DNA of 43,997 nucleotides from a virus (lineage: Duplodnaviria > Heunggongvirae > Uroviricota > Caudoviricetes). A program made the translations under genes and the position numbers. Location: IMG/VR virus record IMGVR_UViG_2778261068_000003, positions 1-43,997 of that record; one strand, given 5' to 3'. Each line of letters starts with the position of its first letter. Position 1 is the first letter of the stretch. Below are positions 25,419 through 32,488 of the stretch, one piece after another. The notes under the pieces were generated by a model, which was not told the origin of the DNA, did no database searches, and saw only the letters and a program-made list of their open reading frames with translations.

Positions 25419-27024
25419 CCTTTCACATATTGCCGCCATGGCATTTAATGAACCACTTTTACTGGAGCCCGCCTATGCGCGGGTTTTCTTTTGCGCACTG
25501 GGCAAGGAGATGGGAGCAGGCAGCCTTGCTGTTCCGCAGCAGGCTGTTCAGCTTGATGCTGATGGTATGCAACTGGCGGTGACTGACTATATGTCCGGAG
25601 GTCAGCGACCGGCAAAGAGCTACCAGGTGAAGAATGGCATTGCCATTCTTCCGGTGAGCGGCACGCTTGTTCATAAACTGGGTTCCCTGCGACCTTATTC
25701 CGGCATGACTGGCTATGACGGCCTGACTGCCCGTCTTCAGATGGCGGTCGATGATCCGGATGTGCGCGGCATTTTGCTGGATATCGACAGTCCCGGTGGG
25801 CAGGCTGCCGGGGCTTTTGACTGTGCTGACATGATTTACCGCCTGCGTGAACAAAAACCCGTCTGGGCGCTGTGTAATGATATGGCCTGTTCAGCCGCCA
25901 TGTTGCTGGTGGCAGCCTGTACGCGTCGGCTGGTCACGCAGACGGCAAAAATTGGCTCGATTGGTGTGATGATGGCGCATACCAGTTATGAGAAACAACT
26001 GGCGCAGGAAGGCGTGGATATTACGCTGATTTACTCCGGGCAGCATAAGGTTGATGGCAACAGTATTCAGGCGTTACCGGCTGGCGTGCGTGCGGATTTT
26101 CAGCGCCGTATTGATGAGGCCCGCCGGATGTTTGTTGACAAGGTGGCACTTTATACGGGGCTGAGTTCTGAGACGGTGATGAATACCGAAGCCGCCGTTT
26201 ATGACGGTCAGGCAGGCATTGATACAGGCCTGGCTGATCAAATGATTAATGCTGCAGATGCCGTTGATGTGATGGTTTCCGCACTGAATAATTCTGTTAC
26301 AAAGGAGAATGCAATGAGCGTTAAAAATCTTACCGTTGCTGAAGCCGTGGCTCAGGAAAATCAGCGTGTGATGGGGATCCTGAATTGTCAGGAGGCGAAA
26401 GGACGCGAACAACTGGCGCAGATGCTGGCAGGGCAACCGGGAATGTCTGTTGAGCAGGCGAAAACGTTGCTTGCAGCAGCGCCGGTTGCTGGTACTGACA
26501 GCACGGGAGATCAGATTATGGCGCTGCCGGAAGCAAAGGGGCGTGAACAACTGGCGCAGGTGCTGGCAGGTCAGCCGGGAATGACTGTGGAGCAGGCGAA
26601 AGCGTTTCTGGCGGCAGCTCCTGTAGCCAGTGTTGCAGGCACAGGCGATCAGATTATGGCACTGCCGGAAGCAAAAGGGCGTGAACAGTTGGCTCAGGTG
26701 CTGGCAGGCCAGCCGGGAATGACAGTGGAGAAAGCGAAAGTGTTTCTGGCGGCAGCTCCTGTAGCCAGTGTTGCAGGCACGGGCGATCAGATTATGGCGC
26801 TGCCGGAGGCGAAAGGGCGCGAGCAGCTGGCACAGGCGCTGGCAGAACAACCGGGAATGACGGTGGAGCAGGCAAAAACGTTGCTGGCAGCCGCACCGAC
26901 GGCATCACAACCGTCACAGGAAACACTTTTTGATCGCTTTATGGCACAGCATGCAGCAGGTGCGGTTTCCGGTGGCGGAGCAGCCGGACACAGTGAAGAA
27001 AAGCTGCTGCTGAGTATGCCGTAA
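25399..27024 (+). CDS. capsid assembly protease / scaffold (lambda gpC-like, S49 peptidase) with expanded C-terminal repeats
   Basis: N-terminus ...NLSHIAAMAFNEPLLLEPAYARVFFCAL... and protease core co-linear with lambda gpC; C-terminus carries four ~46-aa repeats. Confidence 0.9.
   Translation: MHNVRRNLSHIAAMAFNEPLLLEPAYARVFFCALGKEMGAGSLAVPQQAVQLDADGMQLAVTDYMSGGQRPAKSYQVKNGIAILPVSGTLVHKLGSLRPYSGMTGYDGLTARLQMAVDDPDVRGILLDIDSPGGQAAGAFDCADMIYRLREQKPVWALCNDMACSAAMLLVAACTRRLVTQTAKIGSIGVMMAHTSYEKQLAQEGVDITLIYSGQHKVDGNSIQALPAGVRADFQRRIDEARRMFVDKVALYTGLSSETVMNTEAAVYDGQAGIDTGLADQMINAADAVDVMVSALNNSVTKENAMSVKNLTVAEAVAQENQRVMGILNCQEAKGREQLAQMLAGQPGMSVEQAKTLLAAAPVAGTDSTGDQIMALPEAKGREQLAQVLAGQPGMTVEQAKAFLAAAPVASVAGTGDQIMALPEAKGREQLAQVLAGQPGMTVEKAKVFLAAAPVASVAGTGDQIMALPEAKGREQLAQALAEQPGMTVEQAKTLLAAAPTASQPSQETLFDRFMAQHAAGAVSGGGAAGHSEEKLLLSMP
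26314..27024 (+). CDS. putative nested scaffolding protein (Nu3-like), same frame as gpC
   Basis: In-frame internal ATG at 26314 preceded by AAGGAG at 26302..26307, at the position where lambda Nu3 initiates within C. Confidence 0.45.
   Translation: MSVKNLTVAEAVAQENQRVMGILNCQEAKGREQLAQMLAGQPGMSVEQAKTLLAAAPVAGTDSTGDQIMALPEAKGREQLAQVLAGQPGMTVEQAKAFLAAAPVASVAGTGDQIMALPEAKGREQLAQVLAGQPGMTVEKAKVFLAAAPVASVAGTGDQIMALPEAKGREQLAQALAEQPGMTVEQAKTLLAAAPTASQPSQETLFDRFMAQHAAGAVSGGGAAGHSEEKLLLSMP
26393..26890 (+). repeat. in-frame 138-bp tandem repeats (~3.6 copies) within the gpC/scaffold coding region
   Basis: Near-identical DNA units encoding EAKGREQLAQVLAGQPGMTVEQAKAFLAAAPVASVAGTGDQIMALP. Confidence 0.85.
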
Positions 27025-27063
27025 GCGGTATCCGGTATTCCGATAAATCAGGAGACTGAAAAA

Positions 27064-27399
27064 ATGATTAAAACCATCACGGAAAAGCGCGCAGATGTGC
27101 ACATTTTTGCCGGAAGCGATCCGGCCTATACCGCAATTGCCAGCAGTGGTATCAGTGCCGCCACGCCTGCGCTTACGCCACTGATGCTGGATGATACTAC
27201 CGGAAAACTGGTTGTATGGGATGGTCAGAAAGCCGGAACGGCAGTGGGGGTACTGGCACTGGCTCTTGCCGGGACAGAGCCCACGCTGACGTATTACAAA
27301 AGCGGTACTTTTGCCACTGAATCGCTGGTCTGGCCTGACTCGGTGGATGCGGTGAAAAAAGCCAACGCATTTGTGGGAAGTGCCATCAGCCATGCCTGA
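27064..27399 (+). CDS. head decoration protein (lambda gpD-like)
   Basis: ...SDPAYTAIASSGISAATPALTPLMLDDTTGKLVVWDG...TLTYYKSGTF... is co-linear with lambda gpD. Confidence 0.9.
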   Translation: MIKTITEKRADVHIFAGSDPAYTAIASSGISAATPALTPLMLDDTTGKLVVWDGQKAGTAVGVLALALAGTEPTLTYYKSGTFATESLVWPDSVDAVKKANAFVGSAISHA

Positions 27400-27468
27400 T
27401 GGTGAAGTGATTAACTGAAAAAACGGGTCGCGGTGCGGCCCGTTTGTGTTTCTGAAGGAAAATAAATT

Positions 27469-28497
27469 ATGGGTTTATTTACCACGCGTCAGTTACTCGG
27501 GTACACCGAGCAGAAAGTGAAATTCCGTGCACTGTTTCTTGAGTTGTTCTTTCGTCGCACGATCACTTTCCATACTCAGGAAGTGATGCTGGATAAAATT
27601 ACCGGCAAAACACCGGTTGCGGCGTATGTCTCTCCGGTGGTGTCGGGTAAAGTACTGCGCAGCCGCGGTGGTGAAACCCGCGTGTTACGTCCCGGCTATG
27701 TAAAGCCCAAACACCGCTTTGATTATCAGCAGGCGGTGGAACGTCTTCCGGGGGAAGATCCAGCCCGCCTTAATGACCCGGCTTACCGCCGCCTGCGTAT
27801 TCTGACGGACAATCTGAAACAGGAAGAGCAGGCGATCGTGCAGGTGGAAGAAATGCAGGCAGTCAGCGCCGTTCTGCAGGGTAAATACACCATGAGTGGC
27901 GAGCAGTTTGAGACGGTGGAAGTGGACTTTGGGCGTTCTGCTGCTAATAACATCACTCAGGCGGGGGGTAATGAGTGGTCAAAACAGAATGCTGACACTT
28001 TTGATCCGACTCATGATCTGGATGCGTACTGTGATTTTGCTTCCGGTACCATCGATATTGCGATTATGGATGGTACGGTCTGGCGTATGCTGAACGGTTT
28101 TAAACTGTTCCGTGAAAAACTGGACACCCGCCGTGGTTCCAAATCTGAGCTGGAGACCGCACTGAAAGACCTGGGCTCCGCGGTATCCTTTAAAGGTTAT
28201 TATGGCGATCTGGCTATTGTTGTGGCGAAAACAGCTTATGTCGACGAAAACGGGGATGAACAGCGTTATCTGCCGGAAGGTACACTGATTCTGGGAAATA
28301 CCCAGGCGGAGGGGGTCCGTTGTTATGGGGCCATTCAGGATAACCAGGCGCTGAGTGAGGGGATCACCTCTGCAATTCGTTATCCGAAACACTGGCTGGA
28401 AGTGGGTGATCCTGGTTGCGAATATACCATGACGCAATCTGCGCCGTTGATGGTGTTGCCGGATCCGGATGTATTTGTGGTGGTTCAGGTGAAATAA
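27469..28497 (+). CDS. major capsid protein (lambda gpE-like)
   Basis: ...YVSPVVSGKVLRSRGG...PGYVKPKH...VQVEEMQAVSAVLQGKYTMSGE...KLDTRRGSKSELETALKDLG... is co-linear with lambda gpE. Confidence 0.95.
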   Translation: MGLFTTRQLLGYTEQKVKFRALFLELFFRRTITFHTQEVMLDKITGKTPVAAYVSPVVSGKVLRSRGGETRVLRPGYVKPKHRFDYQQAVERLPGEDPARLNDPAYRRLRILTDNLKQEEQAIVQVEEMQAVSAVLQGKYTMSGEQFETVEVDFGRSAANNITQAGGNEWSKQNADTFDPTHDLDAYCDFASGTIDIAIMDGTVWRMLNGFKLFREKLDTRRGSKSELETALKDLGSAVSFKGYYGDLAIVVAKTAYVDENGDEQRYLPEGTLILGNTQAEGVRCYGAIQDNQALSEGITSAIRYPKHWLEVGDPGCEYTMTQSAPLMVLPDPDVFVVVQVK

Positions 28498-28556
28498 GAG
28501 TGGGCGGGAATATCCCGCCTTTTTCTTTAGCGCACGGGAGAAATGCGATGACAAAA

Positions 28557-28931
28557 GAGCAGATAACTGAACGTTTGCAGGAACTGGCTGCGATTCTGGG
28601 GCGTGAAGCAGATATTTCTGGTTCAAAGGCCGATCTTGAGCAGCGCCTGGCAGAATGGGAAGAGGAGGCCGCCGGATTCGATATGGAGGCGGAATTCGAT
28701 ACAGAGGAGGAAGGAGCGAAGAGTGAATATGGGGAGGTCTCAGATAACAGAGTGCGCTCTGAGCAGGAACTCGTTCGGGTGCGCATGCTTAAAACGGCAC
28801 ATATGCCAGCCCGTGATGCCGTGACGGGAAAAATGTTGATGTTCGCTCCGGCCTCCGGTGTTGTGCTGGTTAATGAAGCCATTGTCTCTGAGTTGATAGC
28901 TGGCGGTCTGGCAGAAAAAGTCCGGGAGTGA
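28557..28931 (+). CDS. DNA packaging protein (lambda FI-like)
   Basis: MTKEQITERLQELAA... with acidic middle region resembles lambda gpFI; GGGAGA Shine-Dalgarno; the longer ORF-track start lies inside gpE. Confidence 0.7.
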   Translation, partial: EQITERLQELAAILGREADISGSKADLEQRLAEWEEEAAGFDMEAEFDTEEEGAKSEYGEVSDNRVRSEQELVRVRMLKTAHMPARDAVTGKMLMFAPASGVVLVNEAIVSELIAGGLAEKVRE

Positions 28932-29335
28932 TGATGTCCGATAATCTGTTCGATCAGGCCATGAGTGATGCGGATGACATTATCCTGGAGACGATGGGGA
29001 CGGAAATCAGCATATATCCGGGGGGCACGGAAAGAAAAATCCGTGCCGTTTTTGATGCCCCGGCAGATAACACCGGGATGAATACCGGCAGCGGTGAAAT
29101 TCGTGATACTGCGCCAGTGTTATTTACCCGGAGCGCATGGGTTGCCGGACTGAAAAAATATGACAGGGTCATGATCCACGGTGAACCCTACCAGGTGGTC
29201 GATCCTGGCTGGGATGAGTCGGGTACTGCTGGGCACGGCGTGATTACCATCACTCTTGCGCGGGGAGAACCCGGAAGAAGTACGCCTGCTGCCCCTGTCC
29301 GACCGAGTAAACGTTATGGCAGTCAGAGAACATGA
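28928..29335 (+). CDS. head completion/connector protein (lambda FII-like)
   Basis: ...DNLFDQAMSDADDII...IRAVFDAP... resembles lambda gpFII; last gene of the lambda-like head module. Confidence 0.7.
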   Translation: MMMSDNLFDQAMSDADDIILETMGTEISIYPGGTERKIRAVFDAPADNTGMNTGSGEIRDTAPVLFTRSAWVAGLKKYDRVMIHGEPYQVVDPGWDESGTAGHGVITITLARGEPGRSTPAAPVRPSKRYGSQRT

Positions 29336-30038
29336 ACGAAGCAGCTCCCGACCGCGACGGCTGGCGCGAAACCTTATCGTCGATATTGATGAAGATGAGG
29401 TGCTGAGTATTATCGCTAAACTGGGTGGTTCAAAAAGTCAGATCCGTAAAGCCTGGGGAGTGGCGCTGAAAAGAGCTTCGTCTGCACTGCGGATGAAGGC
29501 CATGGCTGAGTTTAAAAAACAGGTTGCCCCACGCAGTCAGAAAATGATCAAAAAGCGTGTTCTGCACGATTTTGTCATTCGCCGTAACGGTGATGAGTTT
29601 GATGAGGCAAAGGTGTGGTTCGGTCTGAACGCCATCAAAGTGCGTGACCTGCGCGGACGTATTACCGGCGGAAGGCGTGGCGAACGCCATCAGTTACGCG
29701 ATGAGAGAGGGCGTTTTGCACCGGCTTCCAGCCGCAGGAAAGCGCCGGAGATTCGTTTTAAACCTGCCGGGGAGGCAATACCGGTCACTACCTGGTCAGG
29801 TGAAGAGGCTTTCATTAATGAATTTGAGTCTGAAAACCGGCGCGGACGCATTTCACAACGTAAGACGATACTGGTCCGGCAGGCATCCGGACGACGAAGG
29901 GTGCGCGAAGCAGAAATTGATATTTACGAAGCCATGCTGAACCGTATCGAGGATTCTGTTTTTCCGGATGCGGAAGCACTGATCCTGAAAAATTTTGAGC
30001 ATGAACTGAAATTCCGGGTATTTAAGGGGATGGAGTGA
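29316..30038 (+). CDS. putative head-tail adaptor / tail completion protein
   Basis: Basic 240-aa protein between the head completion gene and the baseplate genes; positional call only. Confidence 0.35.
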   Translation: MAVREHERSSSRPRRLARNLIVDIDEDEVLSIIAKLGGSKSQIRKAWGVALKRASSALRMKAMAEFKKQVAPRSQKMIKKRVLHDFVIRRNGDEFDEAKVWFGLNAIKVRDLRGRITGGRRGERHQLRDERGRFAPASSRRKAPEIRFKPAGEAIPVTTWSGEEAFINEFESENRRGRISQRKTILVRQASGRRRVREAEIDIYEAMLNRIEDSVFPDAEALILKNFEHELKFRVFKGME

Positions 30039-30601
30039 TGGAGCCATTGATGATGGGAACCTGGCATCAGGCCGTGATTGACAGCCTGAAGCAACTTCCC
30101 TGGGTGGAGGATGCAGATGAGTATCCGGAAAAAGTGACGCAACTGGTGACGCCTGCCGTGTTTGTGGATGTGCCCGGCTGGGACAAGGCTCAGTTTGCCG
30201 ACGGGCAGACGCGGGTCACGCTGAAATGCGATTTATTTGTGGTGACAGACCGGGCCGGGAAGACGGAGAACGTGTCAAAACCTCAGATTTTTGCCCGCTG
30301 TCTGGCGATGGATTTGTCTGACTGGATTGAGGGGGCCACGTTCGGGCTGGATAACGTTGATCCGGCTGTTTTTATTGATGCAGAGGTGGACACCTTCGAC
30401 CGGCTTCTGGACGATTACATCGTTTTCCGCGTTTCTTTCGAACAGGATATTCCTGTCGGGGAAGCGCTGTTTGCGGCTCCGGCAGGCGCACCGTTACAGG
30501 AGGTCTGGCTGGGGAAAGTACCGGAAACCGGCAAAAAACACGTTCAGGATTATCGTCTTATCTGGAAAGCAGAGGGGGACAGCGATGAGTCTGGCGGATG
30601 A
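30035..30601 (+). CDS. putative tail completion / virion morphogenesis protein
   Basis: 188-aa ORF translationally coupled to its neighbours; positional call only. Confidence 0.35.
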   Translation: MMEPLMMGTWHQAVIDSLKQLPWVEDADEYPEKVTQLVTPAVFVDVPGWDKAQFADGQTRVTLKCDLFVVTDRAGKTENVSKPQIFARCLAMDLSDWIEGATFGLDNVDPAVFIDAEVDTFDRLLDDYIVFRVSFEQDIPVGEALFAAPAGAPLQEVWLGKVPETGKKHVQDYRLIWKAEGDSDESGG

Positions 30602-31208
30602 AGTGGCGGAGTTGCGTCGCAGGGTGGCGAATATGGTCCGTCGCGGCGTGGTGGAAGAGGTGATCCCGGGTAGCCCGGTGAGGGTCCGGGTGGATATCGG
30701 GGATGTGATTTCGCCACCGCTGCCCTGGATCCAGGTGCAGTCCGGCCATTATATGCAGGCCAGTAATTATCCTGCTCCCGGAGATGCGGCCACGGTGATA
30801 TCGGAGGCGGGCGATCTGTGTAACGGTCAGGTATATCCGGGGGTAAATATTGACGCCATTCCTGTACCGGCGGGCAGCGAACACGAACATATTATTTTGT
30901 TTGATACCGGAACGGAGATCCGTTACGACCGTCAGGCCAATGCCCTGTTCATCACGCTGGCAGAAGGCGGCAGCTATAAAATCACCGGCAAAGGAACACT
31001 GGACGGTCCGGTGGAAATCACAGACACCCTGACCGTACAGGGCAAAACAACCCTGAATGCTGATGCCGTGGTTAAGGCAAATCTGAGTGTCGGCGGTGAG
31101 GTTTCTGATCATCGCGGAACGATGAGTCAGATCCGGCTTGTTTATAACGGTCACACCCACCGTGGTGACAGCGGCGGCACTACCGGGCAGCCGGGCCAGC
31201 AAATGTAA
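30585..31208 (+). CDS. baseplate assembly protein V (P2 gpV-like spike)
   Basis: Start at MSLADEV with AGGGGG Shine-Dalgarno; ...VRVRVDIGDVISPPLPWIQ... resembles gpV-family baseplate spike proteins. Confidence 0.75.
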   Translation: MSLADEVAELRRRVANMVRRGVVEEVIPGSPVRVRVDIGDVISPPLPWIQVQSGHYMQASNYPAPGDAATVISEAGDLCNGQVYPGVNIDAIPVPAGSEHEHIILFDTGTEIRYDRQANALFITLAEGGSYKITGKGTLDGPVEITDTLTVQGKTTLNADAVVKANLSVGGEVSDHRGTMSQIRLVYNGHTHRGDSGGTTGQPGQQM

Positions 31209-31242
31209 TCCCCTTTTCAGTTTTTCTTCCGGAATAAACAAC

Positions 31243-31599
31243 ATGACTGGTATTGATTCAGCCACGGGCAAACCCCTCGCCGGGAATGCACATCTGCGTC
31301 AGTCGGTTGCCGATATTCTGTCAACACCGGTCGGCAGCCGGGTACTTCTCAGGGAATACGGCAGCAGACTGTTCAGCCTGCTTGATAATCCGCAGGATGA
31401 TTTTACACGCGTCAGGATTGTGCGGGAGACGGTGACCGCGCTTGAGCGCTGGGAGCCGAGACTGACTGTTCTGCGTGTGGAAGTTGACTGGCGGGAGGAG
31501 GGCTGTTTCTGGCTGACGCTGATCGGAAAAAATAACGAATCTCAGGAAATGACCCGTCTGGAGGAGATAAAAATTGGCCGCATCTCAGGCGATAATTGA
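31243..31599 (+). CDS. baseplate protein W (GPW/gp25-like)
   Basis: ...NAHLRQSVADILSTPVGSRVLLREYGSRL... is typical of the GPW/gp25 family. Confidence 0.75.
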   Translation: MTGIDSATGKPLAGNAHLRQSVADILSTPVGSRVLLREYGSRLFSLLDNPQDDFTRVRIVRETVTALERWEPRLTVLRVEVDWREEGCFWLTLIGKNNESQEMTRLEEIKIGRISGDN

Positions 31600-32488
31600 T
31601 CTTTCCACGATACCGGTTCCGGATATTGTTGATATTCCGGATACAGAATCGCTGGTCAGTCAGATAGTGGAGAAATACACCGAGCTTGACAGCCTGTTCT
31701 CTGCGCTTGTGGAGTCAGATCCCGCGTATAAATGGGCAGAGGCACTGGCTTTTCGTGTGGCACTGGTACGCCAGCAGATAAATGATGCTGTCAGGGCTGT
31801 ACTGCTTGCCAGTGCCTGTGGTGCCGATCTTGATCAGATCGGGGCAAATTTTCAGGTGCAACGTATGATGATTACGCCGCCGGATGACAGCACCGTGCCT
31901 CCGTCGCCTGCCGTGTATGAGGATGATGATGCATTTCGTGAACGCACCCAGTTGTCATGGGCGAGGCTCAGCACTGCTGGCGCGAAAAACGCATATCACT
32001 ATTTTGCACAGAGTGCCGATCCTGATGTGCTGGATGTGAAAGCCTACGGGCCGGAAACGCATGCACAGGAGGGACGGGTTTTTCTTTATGTGTTATCCCG
32101 TACCGGAGATGGTACGGCACCTCAGCCACTGCTGGATAAAGTGGCGGAGGCCGTGAACGATGATGAGATCCGTCCCCTGACGGATTTTGTCAGCGTCCGT
32201 TCAGCAGAGATCGTGGCTTATGATGTGGTGGCTGATATCCATATTCCTTATGGGCTGGATGGTGAACTGGTGATGGAGAGCGCCCGTCAGGCACTGCAGA
32301 AATATACAGACAGCGTTCACCGTATAGGCTCAGTGGCTGCCCGTTCGGGGATTGACGGCGCCCTGCATCAGAGTGGTGTGATCACCGTGGTCCTTCATTC
32401 CCCACCGGCAGATATTGTTCCGCAGATGGGACAGGCGCCGTGGTGTCGCTCAGTCACACTGAACAAGGTGGAGACAACCGATGAATGA
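31574..32488 (+). CDS. baseplate assembly protein J (P2 gpJ-like)
   Basis: Co-linear with P2 gpJ from ...IIDL onward; only TTG at 31574 is available as a start, with GAGGAG 7 nt upstream. Confidence 0.85.
   Translation: MAASQAIIDLSTIPVPDIVDIPDTESLVSQIVEKYTELDSLFSALVESDPAYKWAEALAFRVALVRQQINDAVRAVLLASACGADLDQIGANFQVQRMMITPPDDSTVPPSPAVYEDDDAFRERTQLSWARLSTAGAKNAYHYFAQSADPDVLDVKAYGPETHAQEGRVFLYVLSRTGDGTAPQPLLDKVAEAVNDDEIRPLTDFVSVRSAEIVAYDVVADIHIPYGLDGELVMESARQALQKYTDSVHRIGSVAARSGIDGALHQSGVITVVLHSPPADIVPQMGQAPWCRSVTLNKVETTDE

Noticed and set aside
26074-26850. 258-aa minus-strand ORF with a highly repetitive Cys/Arg-rich translation
   Set aside because: It is antisense to the gpC/scaffold gene and is created by the 138-bp tandem repeats; the sense frame has clear lambda gpC similarity.
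26393-26890. Possible CRISPR-like array suggested by regular tandem repeats
   Set aside because: The repeats are 138 bp, contiguous without spacers, in frame and inside a capsid scaffold gene; the 1-kb units at 16527..18450 are far too long and have no spacers. No CRISPR array or cas genes are present.
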